Assembly (NCBI GenBank): GCA_029936315.1
Contig: JAPYTD010000008.1
Span: 5,443 to 69,442, forward strand
Reading direction: 5' to 3'
DNA from: Planctomycetota bacterium
Lineage (GTDB): Bacteria > Planctomycetota > UBA1135 > UBA2386
Length of the DNA stretch: 64,000 nt
How positions within the stretch are numbered: the first letter of the stretch is position 1; each line of letters opens with the position of its first letter. A model generated the notes under the pieces. It made no database searches, was not told where the DNA came from, and saw nothing but the letters and a program-made list of their open reading frames with translations. Of the stretch, positions 28,171 through 36,863 are shown in pieces. Both the position numbers and the translations under genes were made by a program.

Positions 28171-29895
28171 CTACGTGGGGGTGCGGTCGGTCGGCTGCAG
28201 CAGCGGGCCGAGTTCACTCTTGATTGCACCATCTGCTGCGCGTTCTAGGAAGATGCGACGGCAGAAACCCTCGTCGTCCCGATGGTTTGCGTCATCGCGG
28301 TAATGCGTTCCGCGCGATTCGTTCCGTGCCAAGGCGGCTTCGGTGACCAGCGCGGCGGTGGTCAACATGTTGGCTAGTTCGCATGCGGCGCGACTTCCGA
28401 GGTGGCCACGGGTCAGGTATTGGTGCCAGAATGTGATGCGAGCGCGCGCGTCGGTCATGCCGGCTACTTCGCGGCGCAGGCCGACCTGCCGCCACATCAG
28501 GGACTTCAGGGCATAGAGCAGGTCGTCGTGCAAGATGCGCGGAGGGTCGGCGGCGAGCACTGGACCATCGGCCTGACGCGGCAGGCCGATGCGGGTGCGC
28601 GAGCGTTCGGCCTCCTGTGCTTCGGCTGCTGCTGTGCGGCCGCAGTCGAGACCGATGACGGCGCCTTCAAGTAGTGAGTTCGATGCCAGGCGGTTTGCGC
28701 CGTGCAACCCGGACGATGCAGCTTCACCAACTGCGAACAGGCCCGGCACGTTGGTGCGACCCAACGAGTCCGTGGCCGCGCCGCCGAGGAAGTAGTGGGC
28801 ACCTGGTCGAACCGGGATCGCGTCCTTGGCGAGATCGAGATCGAACGTCGAGCAGATTCGCGCGATCGACGGGAACAGCTTGTGTGGGTTCTCGCTCACC
28901 GCGCTCAGGTCGAGGTAGACGTGCGTGTCGTTGGTTGCCACCATGCGCTCGAGGATGGCGCGGCTGACGACGTCGCGTGGCGCAAGGTCGGCCATTGGGT
29001 GCACGCCCTCCATGACGCGGTCGCCGTTGCGGTCGCGCAACACAGCGCCCGCGCCACGCACGACTTCGCTGATCAAGAAGCGCGAGGCTCCGGCGATGTA
29101 GAGCGTGGTCGGATGGAACTGCACGAACTCGCAGTCTGCCAGCCGGGCACCGGCGCGGAAGCACAAGGCCTGGCCATCGCCGCTCGCTCCGGTGGGGTTG
29201 GTCGTTTCGCGGTAGATCTGGCCGTTGCCGCCGGTGGCGACGACCACAGATGCGGCCTCGATCGCGATGTCCATCGCTTCGTCGCGGCCGTTCTGCAGGC
29301 CGACGGCGCCTACGCAGCGGCCATCGCGCAGCAGCAAGTCGCGCACAAACACGTGGGGGCGCACCGTGATGCGTGGGTGTTTGTGGAGTGCCTCGACCAG
29401 TGCGCGTTGGATCTCGCGGCCGGTTGCGGCGCCATTGCTGTGGGCCACCCGGGCGTGGGTGTGGCCACCTTCGCGCGACAACTGCAGTGTGCCGTTCTGG
29501 TCGCCGCTCTCAAGATCGTGACGGTCGAATGCCGTGCCTAGTTTTTCGAGCCAGCTGACCGCGTCGGCCGCCTTGGTGATGACGGCCCGCACCATCTCTT
29601 CTTCGGCGAGGCCGGCGCCAACGCGCAGCGTGTCGGCGACGTGCTGCCCAATGCTGTCTTCGGGCAGCTGCACAACGGCGATGCCGCCTTGCGCCCACGC
29701 GGTGTTGGTCTCGTCGAGCTTGTCCTTGGTGACGAGCAGGACTTCGGCACCACCATCCGCGGCAGCCAGTGCGGTTGCGGCCCCGGCGATCCCCGAGCCG
29801 ATCACGAGTACGTCCGTGCGCAGGAGCGCGGTCGTTCGCAGGTCAAACGGGGCGAGTAGTCCCGTGAAGCGTGGCGTCGCGAGTTGGGAAGTCAT
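28171..29895 (-). CDS. nadB: L-aspartate oxidase
   Basis: FAD fold DVLVIGSGIAGAATA, with the RFLISEVVRGAGAVLRDRNGDRVM region typical of NadB and its relatives. It ends 3 nt upstream of the hflX start, on the same strand. Confidence 0.8.
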   Translation of the reverse strand: MTSQLATPRFTGLLAPFDLRTTALLRTDVLVIGSGIAGAATALAAADGGAEVLLVTKDKLDETNTAWAQGGIAVVQLPEDSIGQHVADTLRVGAGLAEEEMVRAVITKAADAVSWLEKLGTAFDRHDLESGDQNGTLQLSREGGHTHARVAHSNGAATGREIQRALVEALHKHPRITVRPHVFVRDLLLRDGRCVGAVGLQNGRDEAMDIAIEAASVVVATGGNGQIYRETTNPTGASGDGQALCFRAGARLADCEFVQFHPTTLYIAGASRFLISEVVRGAGAVLRDRNGDRVMEGVHPMADLAPRDVVSRAILERMVATNDTHVYLDLSAVSENPHKLFPSIARICSTFDLDLAKDAIPVRPGAHYFLGGAATDSLGRTNVPGLFAVGEAASSGLHGANRLASNSLLEGAVIGLDCGRTAAAEAQEAERSRTRIGLPRQADGPVLAADPPRILHDDLLYALKSLMWRQVGLRREVAGMTDARARITFWHQYLTRGHLGSRAACELANMLTTAALVTEAALARNESRGTHYRDDANHRDDEGFCRRIFLERAADGAIKSELGPLLQPTDRTPT

Positions 29896-29934
29896 GGAGC
29901 GGCGCCACCAAAGTAGCGCCAGGAATAGCAGGTG

Positions 29935-29958
29935 GGCCGGGCGATGAGGCGCCCGGCC
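29935..29958 (-). terminator. GC-rich hairpin just downstream of secDF (candidate terminator)
   Basis: Perfect 9-bp stem GGCCGGGCG / CGCCCGGCC with a 6-nt loop, about 10 nt after the secDF stop. There is no clean U-tract. Confidence 0.35.
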
Positions 29959-29967
29959 GGAGGCTAC

Positions 29968-32900
29968 CTAGCTTTGCTTTTTGGCCGCTTTCGCTGCTTC
30001 GGCGGCGGCGGCTTGTTGGGCCAGCAGTTCGGCTTCGTTGTCGAACTCGCCTTCTCGTTCCGGATCGCGCGGGCCGTCCGGCACTTCGACCACGCCACCC
30101 TTGTCCATCCAGATCAGGATCGGCGCGGCGATATACATCGACGAGTAGACGCCGGTGAACATGCCGATGATCATCGCGAACGCGAAGCCTTCGAGCTCCG
30201 AGCCGCTGTCGTAGTTGACGACGAACTGCGAGATGACCACGAACAAAGTCAGCACCGACGTCAGGATCGTGCGTGACAGCGTCTGGTTCAGCGAGCGGTT
30301 GATCAGTGAGCGGAACGATTCGCCCGCGTTGTTGCGGGCGTTCTCGATGCGGTTCTCGCGAATCCGGTCGAACACCACAATCGTATCGTTCACTGAGTAG
30401 CCGATGATCGTCAAGAAACAGGCGATCATCGACAGACTGATCTCGGCGTTGACGTATCCCAGGCTGTTGAACAGGACCACGACGCTGAGCGTGATCAACA
30501 CGTCGTGGATCAGGGCGACGACGGCCGCGAGACCATACTTGTATTCGTGGAAGCGAATCCGCAGGTAGAAGACGATCAGCAGCCAAGCCAGGATCAGCGC
30601 ACCGATGGCGGCATTGCGTAGGTCGTTGACCAGACGGCCTTGGATTTCCTGAGCTTCGGGGAAGGGGTCCGACAGCATGACGATCTCGTCGTTGGCGTCC
30701 TTCAGTTCGGCCAGTTCGTTACTGACGATGTTGGGCAGCTGCCACAGCTTGGTCGAGATCTGCGTGGTCCAGATCAGTCGGAAGTTCTTGGCAGTCGCCG
30801 CCGCCTCGTCGTCGAGGATCTCGACGTCGCCTTGGGCCAGGCTCTGGCCGATCAGTGTCTTGAGCTTGCCCGTGTCGACCGGCTCAGAGAAGTGCACGTC
30901 GATCTGAGCGTATTGCTGCGTCTCCCCCAGAGTCGGGTGCTCGGTCAGCAGCGCCAGGTCGAACGCCGGCTCGACCAGCTGGTCTCCGAAAACGCGGGTC
31001 AGTTCAGCTAGATACGGCGGCTCGTAGGGAGCCGGAGGGTCGTTGCCGTCGTTGTCAGCCCTCTTCTTGGCCTCGCGCCAGGCCTTGCGGCCGTCGTCGA
31101 TGTCGGCGCGCTGCTTGCTGTTGAGCTTCAGGCGTACATTGTATTCGTTACCGCTCTCACCGTAGGTGTTGACGCCGGTGGTTGGGTACTCGGCCGCGAA
31201 CTTAGCGTCCGCAGCGAGCGTGTTCCGGATGCGGTCGGCCGACTGCTGGTCGACGCACACCATGCGGAGGTTGGCGCCACCCGTGAAGTCGATGGCAAGC
31301 ATCTTCTCGGCCGGCACGGTCGAGGAGTAGCCCATGCCGACAATGATCATTACCGTGCTGAGCACGGCGCAGAACTTGATCTTGCCTACGAAATCGATGT
31401 TGCGATTCTCGAACAGCGTGTTGGGTTGCCAGCCTTCAAGCTTGTTGTTCTTGAGCGCCCAATGGAACAAGAGGCGCGAGACGAAGAACTGCGTGAAGAC
31501 CGTCGTGATGATGCCGATCATCAGCGTCACGGCGAAGCCGCGCACCGGGCCAACGCCGACGTTGTAGAGCACCATGCCGACCAGGAAGGTCGTGATGTTG
31601 GAGTCGAGGATGGCCGACATCGCGCGTTCGAAGCCCGCCCGCACTGCCTGCAGCAACTTCTTGCCCTTCTTCAGCTCTTCGCGAATGCGCTCGTAGATGA
31701 GCACGTTGGCGTCGACCGCCATGCCAAGCGTCAGCACGATGCCGCCGAGACCAGGCAGGGTGACGGTGGCCTGCATGAACAGCATGCCTGCCCACAGCAG
31801 GAATACGTTCAGCAACAGGGACACGCAGGCGATGACGCCGGCGAGTTTGTAGAAGGCCATCATGAACAGGAAGACGGCGACGCCGCCAACCAGGATGGAC
31901 CAGAGACCCCGTTCGATGGCTTTGCTGCCCAACTGCGCGCCGATCGTCTGCTTGCTCAGCAGCTCGGGCTCAATGCGCAGCGAGCCCGTGCGCAGCACCT
32001 TGACGAGCTCTTCGACTTCAGCAATGGTGAAGCTGCCGGTGATTTGGCCGTTGCGGGTGATCTTGCTCACGAACGCCGGCGCCGACTTGATGATGCCGTT
32101 GAGGATGATCGCGCTGGCCTGGCCCTTGTGCTCGGACGACCAGTCGGCGTAGTCCGCGGTCAGGTCGCCCCTCATGCGGTAGTTGACGGCCGGGCTACCG
32201 TTTCTGCCTTGGCCGACACCAACGCCGGACGGGTCGAGGTGTTCTCCGGTGAAGAACCGCTCGTACATGTTGACGGCGACAAACTCGATCAGGCGCTGCT
32301 CCAGGATCGGCAGTTCCTTGACGGCTGCCGGGATCACCCCACCGTTCCACTGCGTGTCGTCGTAAGACTTGACCGTCTGTGAGGCTAGTTCGCCGAACGA
32401 GTAAGAGCTGTCCCAGTTGTCGGGGTTCTCGGTGCTGGCCTTGATCTCGCGCGGGAACCAAGCGAGGCGCGTGCCAGCGATCGGACCGGCGACGCCTTGG
32501 TTGAAGCGGCGCACGTTCTTGGGGTCCTTCTCGATCAGCGCCTTGTTTTGGGGCTTGTTCAGCCAGGCTTCGAACCGAACCCTCTCGTTGGCGAGCACGA
32601 AGGTGACGTTGTCCGTGTCGTAGTCGTCGTAGACGACCATGCGCATCTCGAGCTCGCCGAGGTTGCTGATGCGCTCAAGCACTCGTTTGAGTTCTTGTGG
32701 GGCGAGGCTACCAAGCTCAATCAGGATGCCGGTGTCACCACTCTGCGTGATCAGCGGTTGTAGCGTCCCGTTCGGGTCGATCCGCTCGCGCATGACGGTG
32801 ATCGTCTGCGTCATGATCTCGGTGGTGGTAACGGCCTCCTTCTTGGTCAGCTCATCGAGCAGATCCTGCGGGACGTTGTAGAGCAGCTGGGTGCCACCCT

Positions 32901-33003
32901 TGAGGTCCGGGCCGAGCGTTGGCTCGAGCATGAAGGTGCAGACGAGGCCGAGGATGACCGCGACCAGGACAAGGAAGAGCTGACGGCTAGCGTTCTCGAG
33001 CAT
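29968..33003 (-). CDS. secDF: Protein translocase subunit SecDF (fused SecD-SecF)
   Basis: 1011 aa. N-terminal LGPDLKGGTQLLY is SecD-like. It has two six-TM RND-like bundles and a SecF-like C-terminal half. Confidence 0.9.
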   Translation of the reverse strand: MLENASRQLFLVLVAVILGLVCTFMLEPTLGPDLKGGTQLLYNVPQDLLDELTKKEAVTTTEIMTQTITVMRERIDPNGTLQPLITQSGDTGILIELGSLAPQELKRVLERISNLGELEMRMVVYDDYDTDNVTFVLANERVRFEAWLNKPQNKALIEKDPKNVRRFNQGVAGPIAGTRLAWFPREIKASTENPDNWDSSYSFGELASQTVKSYDDTQWNGGVIPAAVKELPILEQRLIEFVAVNMYERFFTGEHLDPSGVGVGQGRNGSPAVNYRMRGDLTADYADWSSEHKGQASAIILNGIIKSAPAFVSKITRNGQITGSFTIAEVEELVKVLRTGSLRIEPELLSKQTIGAQLGSKAIERGLWSILVGGVAVFLFMMAFYKLAGVIACVSLLLNVFLLWAGMLFMQATVTLPGLGGIVLTLGMAVDANVLIYERIREELKKGKKLLQAVRAGFERAMSAILDSNITTFLVGMVLYNVGVGPVRGFAVTLMIGIITTVFTQFFVSRLLFHWALKNNKLEGWQPNTLFENRNIDFVGKIKFCAVLSTVMIIVGMGYSSTVPAEKMLAIDFTGGANLRMVCVDQQSADRIRNTLAADAKFAAEYPTTGVNTYGESGNEYNVRLKLNSKQRADIDDGRKAWREAKKRADNDGNDPPAPYEPPYLAELTRVFGDQLVEPAFDLALLTEHPTLGETQQYAQIDVHFSEPVDTGKLKTLIGQSLAQGDVEILDDEAAATAKNFRLIWTTQISTKLWQLPNIVSNELAELKDANDEIVMLSDPFPEAQEIQGRLVNDLRNAAIGALILAWLLIVFYLRIRFHEYKYGLAAVVALIHDVLITLSVVVLFNSLGYVNAEISLSMIACFLTIIGYSVNDTIVVFDRIRENRIENARNNAGESFRSLINRSLNQTLSRTILTSVLTLFVVISQFVVNYDSGSELEGFAFAMIIGMFTGVYSSMYIAAPILIWMDKGGVVEVPDGPRDPEREGEFDNEAELLAQQAAAAEAAKAAKKQS

Positions 33004-33171
33004 GACGGGCGAGGCCGCGAAAGGACTGTCGGGGGTATGGTAGGAGCCTAATCCGCGACGACCATTAGGACGTCACGGCGAGGCGGCAAGCTGCGGGCCT
33101 GAGAAAGATGGGCCTTGAGCTCAGTGGAGTTGGCCAAATAAAGCTATTCGGCTAAGGCTAATCGGCAAGAG

Positions 33172-33591
33172 CTACTTAGTAGCCTCGACGTCGGCGCTAT
33201 CGCCATTCGTAAGGCCGCTGCCGGCACCGCTTCTTGGCCACTTCATGCGACCGAGGTTGCGGGTGAGGCGCGTCTTCTTGCCTTCGCGTTGGCGCAGGAA
33301 GTAGAGCTTGGCGCGGCGGATGACGCCACGACCCTTGACAGTGACATCGGCGATCCGCGAGCTGTGCAGGGCGAACGTGCGCTCGACGCCTTCGCCGGCA
33401 ACAATGCGACGGATCTTGACGGTGCGGCTGATGCCACTGCCGTGGAATGCGATGACCGTGCCCGTGAACAACTGCACGCGCTCCTTCTCGCCTTCCCGAA
33501 TCAAGTAGTGCACGTCAACGGTGTCGCCGATCCCGAAGTCGGGGAGCGAAGATTTCATGTGCTCGAGTTCGAGCTGACGCATGATGTTCAT
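33172..33591 (-). CDS. rplS: 50S ribosomal protein L19
   Basis: LPDFGIGDTVDVHYLIREGEKERVQLFTGTVIA...RRAKLYFLR is an L19 signature. Confidence 0.95.
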   Translation of the reverse strand: MNIMRQLELEHMKSSLPDFGIGDTVDVHYLIREGEKERVQLFTGTVIAFHGSGISRTVKIRRIVAGEGVERTFALHSSRIADVTVKGRGVIRRAKLYFLRQREGKKTRLTRNLGRMKWPRSGAGSGLTNGDSADVEATK

Positions 33592-33658
33592 TGTTCTGTA
33601 TCTGTCAGTGTTTCGACGTTGCCGTCGCGGCGTGCGTTGCCGTTTTGAAAGTTGTTAT

Positions 33659-33685
33659 TCGGCCTAGTAGCAGTCGGCCTAGTAG
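33659..33685. repeat. Perfect 12-bp direct repeat TCGGCCTAGTAG x2 (period 15) abutting the trmD stop
   Basis: Copies at 33659-33670 and 33674-33685, read directly from the sequence. Confidence 0.9.
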
Positions 33686-34432
33686 TTAGGTGGGCGGTGG
33701 TGACTTCGGTTCGGTTTGCTCGGCCGTACGCTTTTGCGCGGTCAGCAACTCGGCCTGCTCTTGGCGCCAGCGTGCGACTTTGGCGTGGTCGCCCGACAAC
33801 AAAACGTCGGGAACGGCCATGCCGCGAAACTCACGCGGACGGGTGTACTGCGGGTAGTCGAGCCATTCGCTTTCGAACGACTCAAGCACAGCGGACTCGG
33901 CGCAGCCGAGCACACCCGGGATCAGCCGAACCGCGGCTTCCAGAACGACCATGGCAGGGAGTTCGCCGCCAGCCAACACGAAGTTGCCGAGCGAGATCTC
34001 CTCGTAGCCACCAGCAGAGCTGGCGAGGCCTTCCCGGATGCGTTCGTCATAACCTTCGTAACGACCGCACAAGAACATCACCCGTTGCAAACGGCTGAGT
34101 TCCCGCGCGCGCGCCTGGTCGAAGGTTCGACCGCGGGGGCAGAGCAGGATCTTGTGGAACGGGCCGTGAGCCTGTTCCACGTCATCTATGGTTGAAAAGA
34201 TCGGTTCCGGCTTGAGCACCATGCCGGGTCCGCCACCAAACGGTCGATCGTCGACGGTCCGATGAGGGTCCAGAGCGTTGTTTCGGAAGTTGATGAGATC
34301 CAACCGAAGGTTGCCCTGGGCCTGTGCAATCCCGAGGATGCTCTCGTCCAGGTAGGGCCGGATGGCCTCCGGAAAGAGTGTCAGAATGGCGCAGTGCAAG
34401 GTGCCCCTGCCGTAAAGAAGGGGTAAGGACAA
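33686..34432 (-). CDS. trmD: tRNA (guanine37-N1)-methyltransferase
   Basis: ILTLFPE...DDRPFGGGPGMVLKPEP...LLCPRG...LCGRYEGYDERI are TrmD motifs. It lies immediately upstream of rplS. Confidence 0.92.
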   Translation of the reverse strand: MSLPLLYGRGTLHCAILTLFPEAIRPYLDESILGIAQAQGNLRLDLINFRNNALDPHRTVDDRPFGGGPGMVLKPEPIFSTIDDVEQAHGPFHKILLCPRGRTFDQARARELSRLQRVMFLCGRYEGYDERIREGLASSAGGYEEISLGNFVLAGGELPAMVVLEAAVRLIPGVLGCAESAVLESFESEWLDYPQYTRPREFRGMAVPDVLLSGDHAKVARWRQEQAELLTAQKRTAEQTEPKSPPPT

Positions 34433-34575
34433 TACGGTTGGGTCTATGGGTGGTCAAGGCTGGCGGTGGCCGGTCGTGCACCGCTTTTCCTGAACTGGCC
34501 CCAGGCTCTGCGTTCCGATCCCACAGACTCGGTCTCCAATCCCGTCTCTCAACCCCATTCCCTGTAGTCGCAGCC

Positions 34576-35190
34576 ATGTTCACCGGTCTTGTGCAAGCCG
34601 TCGGCACCATCACCGCCCATACCGAACTGCCGGATGGTCTCCGTCTGTCCGTCGATATTGGAGGCCTGTCCACCGGGGACCACGCGGGCGCGTTTCGGAT
34701 CGGTGACTCGATTGCGCTTTCCGGCGCCTGCTGCACCGTGGAGACCCTCGACTCCGGTATCGCCGAATTCTATCTGACCCGGGAGACCCTGGATTGCACC
34801 TGGCTGGGCCAGGCTAGCGTCGGCCAGGCCGTCAACCTTGAGGGCGCGCTGCGAGCGGGCGATCCGCTGGGCGGACACATCGTGCAGGGGCATGTCGACG
34901 GGGTTGGCGAGGTCACCGGTGCCATCGATCCACGGACCGGGGGGGACCTGTTGGCCCGCGTCCCCGATTCCCTACAGAGATACTGTGTAGAGAAGGGCTC
35001 GATCACCCTGGATGGCGTCTCGTTGACCATCGCGGGCCAAGATCCTCTGGGGGTTCGCATCGCCGTCATTCCGCATACGGCCCAGGCAACTACGCTGGGG
35101 GCTCGGGCGGTGGGCGATCCGCTTCATGTCGAAGTCGATGTGCTTGCCAAGTACGTCGAAAGCATGCTGTCGCAGCGCGGTTTGACCTAG
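34576..35190 (+). CDS. ribE: Riboflavin synthase (alpha chain)
   Basis: The start is moved to the MFTGLVQAVGTI hallmark. It shows the two lumazine-binding repeats (GDSIALSGACCTV / GSITLDGVSLTI). Confidence 0.9.
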   Translation: MFTGLVQAVGTITAHTELPDGLRLSVDIGGLSTGDHAGAFRIGDSIALSGACCTVETLDSGIAEFYLTRETLDCTWLGQASVGQAVNLEGALRAGDPLGGHIVQGHVDGVGEVTGAIDPRTGGDLLARVPDSLQRYCVEKGSITLDGVSLTIAGQDPLGVRIAVIPHTAQATTLGARAVGDPLHVEVDVLAKYVESMLSQRGLT

Positions 35191-35198
35191 GAGAGGCA

Positions 35199-35633
35199 GT
35201 GGCGAACGAAACGAACCATCCCCTGATCCTGTTTGACGGCGACTGCAACCTGTGCCACGGCTCGGTGCGGTTCGTCATCAAGCGTGATCGCAAGGCGAAG
35301 TATCGGTTCGCGTCGCTGCAATCCGAGGTCGGCCAGGCCGCCTTGAAGACTGCCATGGGATCCGATGGCATGGTCACGTTGCCCGACAGCATCGTGCTGG
35401 TGCAGCATGGCGAGGTGCGCATGAAGTCGACCGCGGCGCTGGCCATCGCCAGAGGTATTCGATGGCCGTGGCCGCTGCTGGCGGTGTTCTGGCTGGTGCC
35501 GTATCCGCTGCGGGACTTCATCTACGACTGGGTCGCGCGCAATCGCCTGCGTTGGTTTGGCAAGCGTGAGGAATGTTGGATCCCGACACCGGAACTGCTG
35601 GGTCGCTTTCTCGACGCGGCCGAACGCAAGTGA
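35199..35633 (+). CDS. Thiol-disulfide oxidoreductase DCC family protein (DUF393)
   Basis: LILFDGDCNLCHGSVRFVIKRD is a DCC motif. The GTG start is preceded by GAGAGG. Confidence 0.7.
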   Translation: MANETNHPLILFDGDCNLCHGSVRFVIKRDRKAKYRFASLQSEVGQAALKTAMGSDGMVTLPDSIVLVQHGEVRMKSTAALAIARGIRWPWPLLAVFWLVPYPLRDFIYDWVARNRLRWFGKREECWIPTPELLGRFLDAAERK

Positions 35634-35676
35634 TGGGAAGCCTGCGGGTCGCGTCGAGTTGCCGGTGTCGTTCTGG

Positions 35677-36267
35677 TCAGCCGATCACAAAGATCGCTTC
35701 GTTGCTGATGAAGAACTTGGAGTTCTTGTCGTAGCGATAGCTCTGCACGCTGACCGCCGAACCGATCAACATGGGGTTCATCGGGATCGGAATCGCCAGG
35801 AAGTACGCTTGCCAACCTTCTGGCGGCGAGACCCCTAGCTGCTCGTAGTCCCACTGCGACGGGCCGAGCCATTCGAACCCGAAGCTCGGCAGCGTCAGGT
35901 GGTCGGGGGTGCCGAAGATCCAGTTGTGGCCGGGTTCGGCGAACCACAGCGAATGCACGATGCTGTTGGTCCAGGTCAACGAGAACCAATGGGTCACGTC
36001 GTCGGGGGGCAGGAATGTCGCAACCGGCAGGTCGTCGAAGCCGGCTGAGTAGGCGTACATCATGCCGCCAAGTCGCGCTCGTCGCCCAAGCCCAGCACCG
36101 GGCAAGGTATGCCCCGGCTCCGCAACCACGCTGACGCGCTGTTGGTTGTTGATGCCGCCATATTGTGAGCGCAGCGTGGTGCCGACGTGAACCGTCGTTG
36201 CGGGTAGTTGTGCGCACAGGCTGCCCGCCAACGTGAGTAATGAAACTGCGACCTTAAGAACTGTCAT
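35677..36267 (-). CDS. Hypothetical secreted protein
   Basis: Signal peptide MTVLKVAVSLLTLAGSLCAQ, with AGGAG upstream of the ATG. No recognised domain. Confidence 0.5.
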   Translation of the reverse strand: MTVLKVAVSLLTLAGSLCAQLPATTVHVGTTLRSQYGGINNQQRVSVVAEPGHTLPGAGLGRRARLGGMMYAYSAGFDDLPVATFLPPDDVTHWFSLTWTNSIVHSLWFAEPGHNWIFGTPDHLTLPSFGFEWLGPSQWDYEQLGVSPPEGWQAYFLAIPIPMNPMLIGSAVSVQSYRYDKNSKFFISNEAIFVIG

Positions 36268-36863
36268 CTCCTGCCTCCCTTGTGGTTTCTCTTCCTTCGA
36301 ACTTCTTCCGTCTAAGTCTCTCGAACGACTTGTCTCCTCGGCTGGCGAATGGGGGCGAGTGCTGAGCTTGGGTAGAGCTCTCCGTCAGTCGGGTTGGCGG
36401 CGCGCAGCGAGTTGTGCTCGTCAACGTATGTTTGGGTGTCGCACCGGGGGGTGCGGTTTGCGGTTCGGCTGCCGGCCAGGTGCGTCTGAACCTGTTGGCC
36501 GGGCAGTGGGCCGTTTGGGGCATCGACGTCGCGCGGGGCCGTCGGGATCTGCTTTGGGATCGCGCCGCAGATACACTGCGTTCGCGATCGCGCAAGCGAT
36601 GCCAGACTTAACCAAGGCTGTCGCATGCCTGTGCTATCAGCCGAACCTCATCGAAACCTTGAGGCAGCATCTTCCGACTTTTGAGTCGGATTGGCTGATT
36701 AGGGGCGATCCACAGGGGGCGCCGCGTCCCGAAATACATCCCTCTCAGTGCGTTCGGTGCCGGCCTGGGGGAAACCCATACACTCCAAAAAAGTGCTCAG
36801 ATTCGCTCGTGACCCACACGCTGACTGCAACCCGCGAAGAGGTCCCGGCACGTACCGGCACTC

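Noticed and set aside
34433-34575. FMN riboswitch upstream of riboflavin synthase
   Set aside because: I could not find the conserved FMN-element cores (for example the GGATGGGGTGAAATTCC-like or AGTCTGGATGGGAGA-like segments) in the 143-nt spacer. A covariance-model scan would be needed to be certain.
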